From Torpedo marmorata (Eukaryota): a stretch of 64,000 bases of DNA. The notes beneath the pieces were generated by a model. It was not told the DNA's origin. It did not search any database and saw nothing but the letters and a program-made list of their open reading frames with translations. Position numbers and translations under genes: made by a program. Positions 12,473 to 25,343 of the stretch are shown here, piece after piece (positions within the stretch are counted from its first letter, which is position 1; each line of letters opens with the position of its first letter). The stretch covers positions 37,758,001 to 37,822,000 of the forward strand of contig OZ360239.1 in assembly GCA_977017645.1 (NCBI GenBank), given 5' to 3'.

Positions 12473-13947
12473 CTTGGAGAAACCTATTTCTAAAGAGGAT
12501 ATAGCTCTCGCTATTTCCTCACTGCAGTCTGGTAAATCTCCAGGGCCAGACGGATTTCCTGTGGAATTTTATAAATCTTTCTCCAAACAGCTTGTACCTC
12601 ATCTGAGTGTGGTATTGGGTGACTCATTTAATGAGCGTAAGCTTCCCTCATCTTTTAATGAGGCCAGTATTTCCTTAATTCTTAAAAAGGGTAAAGAATC
12701 GACTGAATGCACATCTTATAGACCCATTTCTTTACTTAATGTGGATATAAAGATTTTGTCTAAAGTATTAGCACAAAGATTAGAAAATATTTTACCTTTA
12801 ATTATCAATTCAGATCAGACTGGATTTATTAAAAATTGTTATTCATATTATAACATTAATAGATTGTTGAATATTTTATATTTACCTTCTACTCCGGCGA
12901 TGGAATGTGTCCTTTCACTAGATGCTGAAAAAGCATTTGATTGGGTGGAGTGGGAATATTTATTTGCTATTTTAGATAAATTTAATTTTGGTTCTGATTT
13001 TATTAAATGGATTAAGTTATTATATGCTTGTCCTATGGCCTCAGTTTGATCTAATTTACAACAATCAGATATGTTTCAGCTTAATAGAGGAACCCGACAA
13101 GGTTGCCCGTTAAGTCCTTTGCTTTTTGATACAGTATTAGAACCTTCAGCTGTTGCTCTTCGACATTGTAGAGAATTTAAAGGTATAACTAGAAACGGAA
13201 TTGAACACAAAGTATCTCTCTATGCGGACAATTTATTGTTATTTATTTCAAACCCTGAAGTTTCTATACCAAAATATTAACCCTATTTACTCAATTTTCA
13301 GGGTATAAATTATACCTACAAAAGAGTGAACTATTGCCCTTAAAAGGACCTTTTATTGGTTATTCTAATTTTCTGTTTAGAATAGTGAACGATCAATTCC
13401 AATACTTAGGAATAACAATTACAAAAAACCATAAAAATTTACTAGAAGAAAATGTTTGGGTATTAGTTAATAAGGTTAAATTACAATTAGCGGGTTGGTC
13501 ACCCTTATCAATTACAATGATGGGCCGTATTAATTCGATTAAAATGAATATTTTGGGCCATTCATTGAATACTATCATGATTGGAAGAATTAACAAAACT
13601 GACTATCCTGGGGACTCTCTGTCCGATGCTTGGAGGTCGCTACAGGATCCATATCTTTTTACAATATCAAGTTAACCTTGCTTAGAGGGAGGGGTTAGAA
13701 TAGATTAGTTATTAGTGTTTGGGTTTTTTTGTCTTTTTTTTCTTTCTTTTTATTTTCAAGTTTTTTTTTAAAGATAATTATAAGGAACTAGAGTTTTAAC
13801 CTATATTAAGAATTTAGTTACGACAATTTACTTAGTTTTTTTTTATATACATGTATGAATACCAGCTGATTTTTTGAATGTTTTTCTTAATCTTGTTACT
13901 CTGTATACATGTTTATTATTGAAACTCAATAAAATATTTTTAAAAGA
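12473..13947 (+). mobile_element. L1/Tx1 LINE, degenerate RT and 3' end with an internal deletion near 13560
   Basis: Motifs KSPGPDGF, YRPISLLNVDIKILSKVLA, LDAEKAFD, RGTRQGCPLSPLLF, SLYAD, GRINSIKMNIL. T-rich 3' UTR ending aataaaatattttttaaaagaa. Confidence 0.92.
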
Positions 13948-14369
13948 ATCATAATGCACTGTTCTCAAACGAATTTCAGATAAATCCTTTTGGATAAGGG
14001 AGCATGAATTCAAAAGATATTACTGTACTATCTGCATGGACCACAAATTCTGCAGGACCATCACTGAGATTTGTCATTAAATTTCCACTTACAAAGGTGT
14101 AGTCCTCTCCGGTCTAGCAAGGTTAATAAACCTCTTTGTGCAAGATATTTAATGGCGTGCAGTATTGTACACTTCAGAAATAGCCCATGTTAAAGAGAAA
14201 GTGCCATTCATTCTGCAAGTCTGTTGATGTTCTGCTCAAGTTCCTATTAATGCACACATTTTATGACAATAACTTTCTTCCACCGTTACATTACAGTAAG
14301 CTTGTAGAAACCAGTATGAAAGCAAAACACATGACAAGTTTGTAGCTTGTGTCAGAAATGTTATGATAA

Positions 14370-14850
14370 TGAGTTTATGGTCATGCATACAAGTACAATG
14401 TACAAATGCACTGACATTCTTACTTGCTGCAGCTAAACAGGTACTTTGTTGTTTTTAAAAAAAACTCCAATAGTATACATTAAACTACCACACAGAAAGA
14501 GATAATAAATATAAAAACTAGATAATAAATATTCAGTTACAGTAATGCAGCAGGTCAAGAAAAAAGTGCTGCTTCACTAGTGCAGACAAATCTTTTTGTG
14601 GTGTTGGAGTTGTTAATGATTAGGGTAGTAAGGAGACGTTCATGACTCTGATAACAGTTTGAAAAAACTGTTCTAAAACCAAGGTAATGGATTTCAGGCT
14701 TCTGTACCGTCTTCCCGAAGGTAGCAAAGAAAAGAGGTTGTAACTAGAATGATTGGGGGTGGGGGGGGGGTGTCCTTTACGATGTTGGCTGCCTTCTTGA
14801 GGAAGTGCCTCACAGAGATGTCTGCAAGGGATGGGAGATCAGAGCCTACC
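14370..14850 (-). mobile_element. Degenerate Rex1/Babar LINE 3' fragment
   Basis: Similar to other Rex1 tails in the window (ggcttctgtaccgtcttcccgaaggtagc; ttcttacttgctgcagc). Confidence 0.6.
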
Positions 14851-17289
14851 CACTTTTCTCTTCTTCTCCAATGATAGCAAAAGGACAGGAAGGAGCGCAG
14901 ATGTTTTTACATCAGTATAACTGCTATTACAATGACAAATAAATGCTAGGTATTACCACTTCTCCTTTACTTTCCTGGTCTGTTTGAATCTTCAGCAAAA
15001 GAAAAGCAAAAGAGCTCAATGCTGAAAGCAAGCTGTTCCACTAACAAATGTGTAGGTCATGGAGATTAAAAAAACACAATGGAAAACAGAAAGAACAAAA
15101 TGATAAAAAAGGACAGAGGATCTGGAGACAGAAGGAATGTTTTACATTGGTGAATATGGGCACATTTCTTTAATACTGAAACCAATGAGGACTATAGTTC
15201 TACAGTACTATTTGTTCACAGCCTTCTGAAGTTCAGTGTGGAGTGCTTTGATGGGCAATTTGTATAAACAACTTTTTTTTTAAATCTTCCTAGAAGTGCT
15301 TCATTCTGAGAGCCAGTACAGTTTGTTCTTGGCAAAGATAATACCGGTGACATTAATCTTGTTTTGGAATCAATTAGGTAAATTATTAATGCTGAGGAAA
15401 TGTTTGGTTGCTCCTTTCTCTCACCTGAGCGTGCTAGAGCGAGAAAAATAGAGAGCTTGGGAGCAAAACAAATTCCATGGCTTCTGTGCACCCTCAATTC
15501 TTCTTCCAACTGAGAGGTCCTTAATTCAGCTCTTGCCCAAACTCAGGCATGAAAACCACAGGGTTAAAGTGTGAAGCACCACCTGTGAATATCAATGGTT
15601 GTTGCCTCTGGGAATACCAGCCTCTGATAAACAAAAGTGGCCATTACAAATATTCTCTGGCAGGCTGCAGCAAACAATGACACTAAGAAGAAATCCCACA
15701 ATTGTCATAATCCTATTTTAAAAGGTATGCTCCTGAAGCAATAAGTAACCCCTACCATTGGATTTTCTAAATAAACGAGTGGGAGACATGTTAAAATGTC
15801 ATCACACCAGATGGATAGTTTCCTGGGATCTGTTGAGAAGAGCTTAAAAAACTAATTTCCAACACCACATGAACTGTGAATGTACAGAATGGAAACAGGA
15901 AATGTGAAAATTGTAAATAGGTCAGGACTACATGAATGCAAAATGTACAGATCAGAATCACTTTCTAAAACAGAGCTTCCAAGATTTCTGGTTTATTTAT
16001 CATTTCTAACTTTTGTGAGTTTTCTTTCTGTTTACAAAAATGTGGGATTCATCTCAAATTGACAATGAAAATGTGTATCCCTTGTACATCCTAGTTCAAT
16101 TTAAGGACTTGTCCATAGAAAGTAGCAAGATAAACTGCCTACATTAAGATTGCTCGAGGACAAACAAGGTTCTCGGGCAACATGAATAAAAACAACTTAT
16201 GATTCACACTTTTCTTTAATCCATCAATGGTCAAGTGCCTGCTTTGAAATTTGAATAAACTAAAGACACTGCTGGAAATCACATCCACAAACCAGGGCCT
16301 TCCAGGTTCACCGGCGGTGGACAGGGTTAGTAACTTCCAATTCCTGGGTGTCCATACACTGGAAGACTTCTCCTGGGGCCAGAACAGGGGCCATTGTGAA
16401 GAATGCACACCTATGCCTTACGAGTCTGAGGAAATTCAGCACATCGTCGAATAATCCATTGAACTTCTACAGGTGTACTGTTTACATCATGGTATACTGG
16501 TTGATTGGCTTAGCTCTGCTCTCGTCTGGAACCCCACACTAATTTTGATCATCACCAAGGTTACTTAAGCAGGGAGACGTGTGGATTAAAAGGCATAATA
16601 TGAAGTAATGTATGTGAGCTGCATTCCCCAAGGTAAGAATCCCAAAAATAATTGAAAATACCTTAATTCCCACCAAACTTTTCCCTTGCTTGCCCAAGTA
16701 AACATAGACAAGATTTTCCACAACAGCAATGTCAACAAGATACTCCATCACAAAGTGCAAGCACATCAAATGTATTGGACAAGAAAATCTTTAGACATTC
16801 TGCATACATCCTATAAACTTCATCAGGAGACTATCCAAACAACCAGATTCATTCCATCGAGCATCCAAAGAATAATCATGTACATATGAGAATAATCAAG
16901 AACATACAAGCTGAGGGCAAGAAAATCTTACCCCAAATATGATAATAAGATGCTCTGCAGGTAGCATATGGCCTCATTGCCAAAACAGAGTTCACCAGGA
17001 TCAGCAGTGGAGGATCTCAGTGAACACTTTCATGAAGATGGGGTTTACTGGCGTATACAACAGAACAGGAGTCACCGAAGAACCAACAGGAATGAAATGC
17101 TTTCTGAACTTCTCCACCTCTTCATTCTCTCCCCAGCCCCTTGTTGCCCCTGCCCACTCATCCATATCCAAACCCCTGCACAGGCTGAGGAACATTGTGG
17201 CCTGTTACCAAATCCCAATTGCTGTCTTGGCTCAGCTGGTACAACCAAATCTCAATGCATTCTTAGCTCTCTTCGAACAGCAGGCCAGC

Positions 17290-18560
17290 GAGCTCGTGGA
17301 ACACAGCTACCTTGAGCACATACCACTGCAAATGACAGCCTTCTGGAGAGCAAACCCACGGAAAGCGACTGGCCCATTCGGAGACATGTCCTTTGTGCCT
17401 GCACAGACCAAGTGGCAACTGCGTTCACAGACATCTTCAACCTCTCTCTCCAACAGGCTGAAGTACCCACCTGCTTCAAGAAGGCCACTATCATCCCAGT
17501 GCCAAAGAAGAATGTGGCGACTATTGACTGGTGTCTCTGACATCCATCATCATGAAGTGCTTTCAAAAGTTGGATATGGTGCATATTAACTCCAGTCTCC
17601 CAGCTACCCACAACCCCCTCCAGTTTGCATACCACAAGGTGCCATCTCCCTGGCCCTACACTCAGCCCTGGAACACCTGGACAACATGCACCCCTATATC
17701 AGACCATTTATCAACTGCAGCTCCGCTTTCAACACAATAGTACCAAACAGGCCAATCCCCAAGCAACATGACCTTGGTCTCAGCTCCAGGATGGATGACT
17801 TTCCTGCAGGCCTCAATCAGTGAGAATGAGTGACAGCACCTTATCCACAATCAACCTCAGCACCGGGGCACCACGAGGCTGTGCACTCAGTCTCTACCAC
17901 ACTCCTTGTATACCTATGACTATGTGCCCAATCACAGCTCCATCTATAAATCAGCGAATGACACCACTGTCATCGGCAGGATCCCTGACAACAACAGAGC
18001 AGAGTACAGAAGGGAGATAGAGGGACTTTTGGCTTGGTGCCAGGACACAACCTCTCCCTCAATGTCAATGAGACCAAAGAGCTGGTCGTAGACATCCAGA
18101 GAGGGGTGAAGCTCACTCCCCAGAATGCACTGACACCACAAGAGGACTGTCTGCACTACTGTAAGACCACTTCTTTTTCTTGCACTATGCTAAGTGTGAA
18201 TATTTATTATTGAACTTTTGCATTATCTCTCTTTAATTTAATATATACTATTATAGTGTTTTTTTTTTAAATGAAGTATCTGTTCAGCTGCAACAAGTAA
18301 GAATTTAGGTGCCCTTACATTGTACAATATATGACAATAAACTCAGTATCATTTTTATTATAAGGTGGAGATGGTAGACAGCTTTAAGTTCCTACGGCTT
18401 AACATCCAGGGACTTGCCCTGAGCCACCCATGCCCAAGAAATTGCATCAGCCCCTCTACTTCCTCAGAGGCTTAAGGAAATTTGGCATGTCACCTGCATC
18501 TCTGCACAACTTCTGCAGCTGTACGACTGAAAGGATCCTATCAGCACTGTAACCCACAAG
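17290..18560 (+). mobile_element. Degenerate Rex1/Babar LINE fragments (RT region and tail)
   Basis: Motifs [46 protein letters not shown], with multiple frameshifts. Confidence 0.8.
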
Positions 18561-19869
18561 GTTGTGACTATCCTCCTATCTTGTGTTGCTGTCTTGGCTA
18601 CTTTCCCTTTCGCTTGTTCTCCAAAGATAGAAGTCTCAAGAGTAGGAAGGAGGGCAGATGCTTTGTATCAGTATAACTAGAAACACTATTACAATTACAT
18701 CTGAATGCTGGGTGTTCCCATTTCCATCGTACTTTGCTGGTGCATTTGAATCATCAGCAAAAGAGCTCTTCGCCTTGCCAGCACTAACGTTTTAAAAGAG
18801 ATTTATCCGCCGTAACTCTAGCAGTGGTATGTGATCAGCCCAAAACATCACCTCTTTCCCAGAGCGAGACACATCACAATTTTAAACAGTGGAGCACCAC
18901 AGATCAGCTTGTTGGAGCTGGCAGTTCTCCGGTTTGCCTGGCTTTCTGTAAACACACACTTATCAAGACTGATTCAGAAATTTTGTATTGCACACATGTC
19001 AGGACAGCATGAATTTATTCACATATTAGTCTTCATTTAGCTGTTTATGTCAGACCTACCGACTAAGGTGTAACTGAGCTGTTCAACATCTGAATGAAGT
19101 GTAGACCACATTTACAGATTGTTGATTTCCACTGCTGTGCAAATAATTTTGAACTTTGCTATTCCCTAAAGTTAGTAGCTTTTCAGCAGAGCTGTTGTTG
19201 CTGGAGGATTCACGTTGCATTAAGTCCACAATGTTGTCGCTCACTGAGATGCCAATATGAAGAAAATAAACAAGACCATTTGTCCATCCCATACTGTCAA
19301 ACAAAACAGGAATGTTTCACTTTGCTCTGTCCAAAGCTAGAAGACTCAAGGGGGTTTGATGATGTCACAATGACACAGTTCCTGGCATGGCTGAAGACCG
19401 GCTGTCAAGGAAGCAATGTTAGTGCATCAATGTAGAAAGCAAAGCGGCAAGAGCAACATTTCAAGCCCAGTCACACTGCACCTCAGTGATGCAACAGAAG
19501 GAATGAAGGGTTGGATTAAGAAGATGTTGCCACACTGCGGCTCGATGAATAGTTGTGTGGACACTAAGCTGAAAGTGACCTGTTGCAGGTGCATCAGATT
19601 GGAAAGGTAAAAATAACAGATTGTGGAAATCTGAAATAAAAATAGAAAATGCTGGAGACACAACAGATCATGCAGTACCTGTGGAGAGAAAAACATAGTC
19701 AACCTTTTGGTTCAATGACCTTCCATTAGAACTGAGGAAGGTTTAAAAAAAAATCAAATATATTTTGAATGATAGAAAAAAGGAGCAGAACAAAGGGGAT
19801 GTCTATGGTAGACTATAGAAAGTCACACGTGTTCGATAAGCCTTCACTACCTTCACTGGCACTATCATC

Positions 19870-20705
19870 ACTTGTTTCAGATTTATTGTCAGAGTACATA
19901 TATGACATCACATACAACCCTGAGTTATTTTTTCCTGTGGGCAAGGGAGAATTACCACTTATTAGCAGTGCAAAAAAAAAACTGACTCAATGTACACATG
20001 TAAACAAATAAAGAAATGTAAACAAACTGCAATATAGAGAAAAAAATCAATAATTGCAAAAGTAAGAGTCCTTAAATAAGTCCCTGATTGAGTTTGTTTT
20101 TGAGGAGTCTGAGGGTGGAGGGGTAGCAGCTGTTCCTGAACCTGGTGGTGCAAGTCTTGTGGCACCTATACCTCTTTCCTGATGGCAGCAGCGAGAACAG
20201 AGCGTGTGCTGGGTGGTGTGGATACTTGATTGCTGCTGCTCTCCGACGGCAGCTTTCCCTGTAGATGTTCTTGATGGTGGGGAGGGTTTTACCCGTGATG
20301 TCCTGGGCTGTATCCACTACCTTTTGCAGGGCTTTTCGCTTGGGGGCATTGGGTGTATATGTACCAGTCCACACCTTCCAACACACATCTGAAGAAATTT
20401 GCCAGGGTTTCCGATGTCATGCCAAACCTCCGCAAACTCCTGAGGAAGTAGAGGCGCTGACGTGCTTTCTTCACGGTGCCATTTGTGTGTTGAGTCCAAC
20501 AAAGATCCTCTGAGATAGTGACTCCCAAGAACTTAATTTGCTCACCCTCTCCACCTCTGATCCCCCAATGATCACTGGATTGTATACCTCTGGTTTTCCC
20601 TTCCTGAAGTCAACAATCAGCTCCTTGGTTTTGGTGACATTGAGTGCGAGGTTGTTGTTGGTGCACCATTCAGCCAAGTTTTCAATCTCCCTCCTGTAAG
20701 CTGAG
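19870..20705 (-). mobile_element. Rex1/Babar LINE, 5'-truncated
   Basis: Motifs SAYRREIENLAEWCTNNNLALNVTKTKELIVDFRK, KKARQRLYFLRSLRRF, HPAHALFSLLPSGKRYR; aataaatctgaa tail. Confidence 0.9.
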
Positions 20706-23700
20706 GGAGATTCCAATGCCAATCTCGTCATTTGGTGCTTTCCGATTTTGTAGCCTGGTCATAAGCAGGTTATTACCAGGTTACATGGAATCCTTGCAGA
20801 TACGGCAAGATCACCTGGATTAGTTATACTCCTCTGTTAGCCACCAAACCTCCAATCCTGCCTGCATACGACACTTACACACAATTTCACCTTCACTGTA
20901 AATTGTTAATGAGAGGTGAATGCACAAATACTGACCCTGATCTTCTTTCCCTACTTTACTTTATATTTCTATTTTGTATTTTTAAATCCTAGTTTTCAAC
21001 ATTTCCAATTTCATTAAAAAAAATCAACTCCTTCCATGCAGATCACCATTCCAGCCTTTGCTCTGCAATCGTTCTTCAAAACATAGCGTAGATTAATGGG
21101 GAAGGCCACAGTACAGATTACAAATGACACAATTTGTTGATGGCTGACCATAGTGCATCTCAGAGTACATTTGGCTTCATAGTGCCTTGCAAAACTAAAC
21201 TTCACAATGTTGTCAGGAGTAGGAACCATAAGGTGGTCATTGCTTTCCCATAGTTATCAGCTCAGGAAAGGCAGTGAAACAAGTCAGTCAGCTCCCCAGC
21301 CCATTTCACCATTCACCAGATCAAAATCCATTGGGAAACCTCTCGATATTTGTCCAGTTTGGGTTCATAATCCCGTAATTTTTTTCAATGAGCAAATATC
21401 TATCAATTTCAAATCCAAATAATTTCTATCTCGGAGCTTTACATGTGGCTTTGTACAAGAGAATTTAACATTTTTGCCAGCCTATGCATGTTGTCATGTA
21501 TCCTGACCCCTCCTGAATGGTTTGCCTCTGATGTGAAAGTTATGGTCCCTGTTCTCGACCCTGCCTTGCTAGTAAACTCCCGCATCAACACCAATCGTTT
21601 CACAGTCTTTCTTTCAAAATCCTTACAAATCTTCATTAAAATAAACTTCATTGATCTACTCACTTATTTTTCATTTATTTTATATGTATTACTTTTCTTT
21701 CTCTTCACGGTACTTTTAATGTGTTAACTATACTTAAATTGTTGTGAGTGTGTTTTATGAACCTGGGAAGCTGCAGTAAGCAAGACTTTCATTACATCTG
21801 TATATTGTACTTACATATACGACAATAAACTTTGTTTATTCATTCAACCTCAAATACCTTAAAACAACATTCAGACAGAATATAAACGGCACACGTTAAA
21901 CAAAAACATACCCACCGATGAAGGGATAGATGTCACTTAAATATTTAGTTTTACATGATCCAGATTCCATTGCAGGATGAACATTCAAATTTATAATCCC
22001 AATGCAGTATTTTGAATCACCGGTGTTAGTATGCTGGATTGCACTGGATCTGACCTGTGCCTTGCAGTTACCTTATCCACTCTGCACTACCCTCAATGAA
22101 CAAGGCCTTACACCCAAGTCCTTTCCATGAGGCACCAGTTGGAACCAGACCGAAGACAGTGCAAACTGAGGTCCTTCCCTCAGCTGCCCTGATCACCTGA
22201 GTTGTCAGGTGGCCTGACAATATCACTCTTTGCCGATATCTGAAAATTATTTTTTTCAAAACTTACATACGATGAATAAATGAGCAATAAGAACCTTCAT
22301 AAATGAATTAAAGATTGTAAATAACAATAAACTCACATCCATATTCAATGAAGATTGAAAGCTTCAAATGAACTGGATCGAACTAGATGACCAAATACAA
22401 ACTGCACCCAGCTCAAGTCATCACAGAATGCTCTGGATTGAACTGTGAGTCCGGGGACAGAGGGAAAGATCCAATGGTCCCATGTTGGAACGTTGATGTA
22501 TTCTCTTCTGCTGCAATGCAAGGCACAGGAAGTCCAAATGGGCTGACGTACGTTGTGGAGCTGCTATTGGTTTTCTGCAGCCTCTTCCACAAGCAGTCAA
22601 TGGATTTCACCCCATCATTTTTAGTCCGCTTAAAAAAATTGGTCAGAGAGGTTTTACAATAACCTTAACCCAGCCAACATGTAAACAACTCAATTTACTT
22701 CCATAAAATTATGCAACAATCACTGAGTAAGTATTCAACACTAACTGATGCAAATGGCAGTCTGTATCTGTGGAATTGAAGCATTTTCTCTTCACTTTTT
22801 CTGACATCGTAATTAATAGGTGGTCAACATTAACAACGTCAATTTGCTCAATTTTTTATCTCTCTTAAAATGTGGAGTTAGCCATGCAGAGTGAACTGAA
22901 AATAGCTCCATCTCCAACCATGCAGATCTTTCGGTACCATTGCTATATTTAGTGGCAAAAACAAACAGATATGCAAGGAACCAAAGCCCAATGTATATTC
23001 TTACAGGAAATTCAATGACAGATAAAACAGTTCTACAACAGGGGGACAATTCGCTCACAACATTAAAACTCATGTATTGAGGAAATTTTATCTGAAATTA
23101 TATTTAAAAAAATAACAATATATTTGAGTTAAAATGAAGTTAATCTGCCCAAAATGATATTGCAACATCATAATATGAGGGAAAAGTGCCTTTGCACTGG
23201 AAGTGATATTTCAAAGCAGAGAATACAGCAAGATATACCAGAGGAAATGATTAACAGCAGCAATGCTTTCAGATGTACCAGGACAACACAGCAAAGGTCA
23301 CAGGATCATAGTTTGCACAAGTTGTTCTCTAAATATATTCATTCAGGAGATGTGAGTTGGCTGGGACAGTGTTTATTTGCCACGTTAAGGATAGCCAACA
23401 GCAAGTATTTCTTTACACAGGAGATCAACAGCTGGGACAGGGAGGGTGACTGAGATCAGCAGGTTGGATTCAGTTACGGCAGCTAGATGGTGTAATGATG
23501 TGACTAACCTGTGGCCAGAGGGACCTGGGAGCCTGAAGACTATTTCTAAACAATTTGAGAGCAGATAGTAAAAAGAGTAAATAGGCTGCTATTGAATCTG
23601 TGAAATCAGGTCAGATGATAGAGCATCAAACTGAAAAGGGATACCTTACCTTTTATACCATTCAACAAGTTAATTGGCTTGAAACCACCTGAATGTCTTC

Positions 23701-24014
23701 TTCAAGCAAGTAACTTGAGCTAAAGCTATTGGCTTTTAGTTTGACACAAGTTGTACTCTACGTCAGAATTCTTTCGGCTTTGATGCCTACATCCTTAAAC
23801 CACCAACTTTTTAAAGCCATCGAGGATGGATGAGAAGACAAGTTCTCAGGACAAGGCCTCAGAACTTCAGAGCTCAAAGCAACGGTTGGGGAACAATGGG
23901 AAGGACTGAGACAGACAGGATCAAGTTTCATTCTTTAACGACTAACAGCACCATCTCAGTTAGTGGACTTTGGAAACCAATGAAATGATGTCCCTTCCAC
24001 AGTTTATATTTGCT

Positions 24015-24258
24015 TGATATGCCTATCAATTAGCACTCAAGAGACTATGAGAGGGTTAACGAACCATAGGCTTTAATACACATAAAACAGACCAACAGTA
24101 GACCTGCAGATCTCGACCGGACTGTGGGCGGAGCAGTGGCACACAGGCCTTTATTCAGGTGAGAAAAGGGGAGGGATTACCTGGACACCCAAAGGAGGGG
24201 AGAGGAGTCGCCGGGACAGACAGCAGTACATACAATACACAAACAGTGGTTTACCACA
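24015..24258 (-). repeat. 3' LTR of the mini Gypsy element
   Basis: Identical by eye to 25100-25343 and preceded by the PPT. Confidence 0.95.
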
Positions 24259-24344
24259 TTCACCCCTCCTTTTAAAAGAGTCCAGCGGGGTGAAGTGGCC
24301 ACAATACAATCGCTACAGGAATTCAAAATATTTACAGTCATAAT

Positions 24345-25076
24345 CTACAGGTCAAGGCGATCCGGTGGTTTGGCTCGCCTTTGTGACCTGCGCAGTACCC
24401 TGGGTGCGGGTTGTGGTGCAGGGGGTACCCTGGGTGCGGGTTGTGGTGCAGGGGAAGATGGCAAGGCCGTCGCCTCCTCCTGTGGTGCTGGGTGAGATAG
24501 CAGGATTGTGGGTTCCATCGAGGGTGCCTGGTCTGACGTTGTAGAAGAGGGAATAGGGAGAGGCCGCAGCGAGTGGTCTTGCCCGTCGAGAGGTTCCTCC
24601 GGCGCTCCCGCGGGCGCCAGGTCCCGAATTGAGACTGTGTCCTCTCTCCCATCCGGGAAGACCACGTAGGCGTACTGCGGGTTAGCGTGCGCTAACTGCA
24701 CCCTCTGGACCGCGGGCTCATATTTGCTGCTCCGGAGGTGGTTTCGGAGCAGCACCGGCCCCGGAGACGTCAGCCAGGCAGGCAGGGCGGTTCCGGTGTT
24801 CGACCTCCTGGAGAAGGAGAAAAATCTCTCATGGGGCGTTACATAAATCTTTCTCAGTGCCTCCATCGCCTCGTCGTACGTCCCGCATTTCCAGATGGTT
24901 GAATACAACCGAGGGCTTACCCTAGATACTAGGACCTCTAGTTTCTGCTCGTCGCTTTCGGCCTTGACCTCCTTTGAGAACGATCGGAGGCAGCGTAGCC
25001 AGTGTTCGAATGCATGGCCAGCATCAGGAGCTAAAGGGTCGATGTCCAGTCGGTCCGGTCGGAGGGCGCCTTCCAT
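24345..25076 (-). CDS. 243-aa Gag N-terminus / integrase C-terminal tail fusion ORF of the mini Gypsy element
   Basis: MEGALRPDRLDIDP...FEHWLRCL...EALRKIYV (Gypsy Gag start) runs in frame into TPHERFFSFSRRS...PGPVLLR...ANPQYAYVVFPDGREDTVSIRDLAP...RRSQRRAKPPDRLDL (post-core integrase tail). No PR, RT, RNase H or DDE motifs. Confidence 0.8.
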   Translation of the reverse strand: MEGALRPDRLDIDPLAPDAGHAFEHWLRCLRSFSKEVKAESDEQKLEVLVSRVSPRLYSTIWKCGTYDEAMEALRKIYVTPHERFFSFSRRSNTGTALPAWLTSPGPVLLRNHLRSSKYEPAVQRVQLAHANPQYAYVVFPDGREDTVSIRDLAPAGAPEEPLDGQDHSLRPLPIPSSTTSDQAPSMEPTILLSHPAPQEEATALPSSPAPQPAPRVPPAPQPAPRVLRRSQRRAKPPDRLDL

Positions 25077-25099
25077 AATTTTTCTTATGTGTATTAAAT

Positions 25100-25343
25100 T
25101 GATATGCCTATCAATTAGCACTCAAGAGACTATGAGAGGGTTAACGAACCATAGGCTTTAATACACATAAAACAGACCAACAGTAGACCTGCAGATCTCG
25201 ACCGGACTGTGGGCGGAGCAGTGGCACACAGGCCTTTATTCAGGTGAGAAAAGGGGAGGGATTACCTGGACACCCAAAGGAGGGGAGAGGAGTCGCCGGG
25301 ACAGACAGCAGTACATACAATACACAAACAGTGGTTTACCACA
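25100..25343 (-). repeat. 5' LTR of the mini Gypsy element
   Basis: TGTGGTAAACC...GGCATATCA, identical by eye to 24015-24258. Confidence 0.95.

Larger units (their letters stand above)
24015..25343 (-). mobile_element. Non-autonomous mini Gypsy (Ty3/Gypsy) LTR retrotransposon, 1329 bp
   Basis: Two identical 244-bp LTRs (25343-25100 and 24258-24015) with TG...CA ends. 5-bp TSD TTGCT at 24010-24014 and 25344-25348. Polypurine tract aaaaggaggggtgaa abuts the 3' LTR. Confidence 0.95.

Noticed and set aside
16939-17589. 216-aa plus-strand ORF
   Set aside because: Runs from unique sequence into an out-of-frame Rex1 remnant; no coherent protein.
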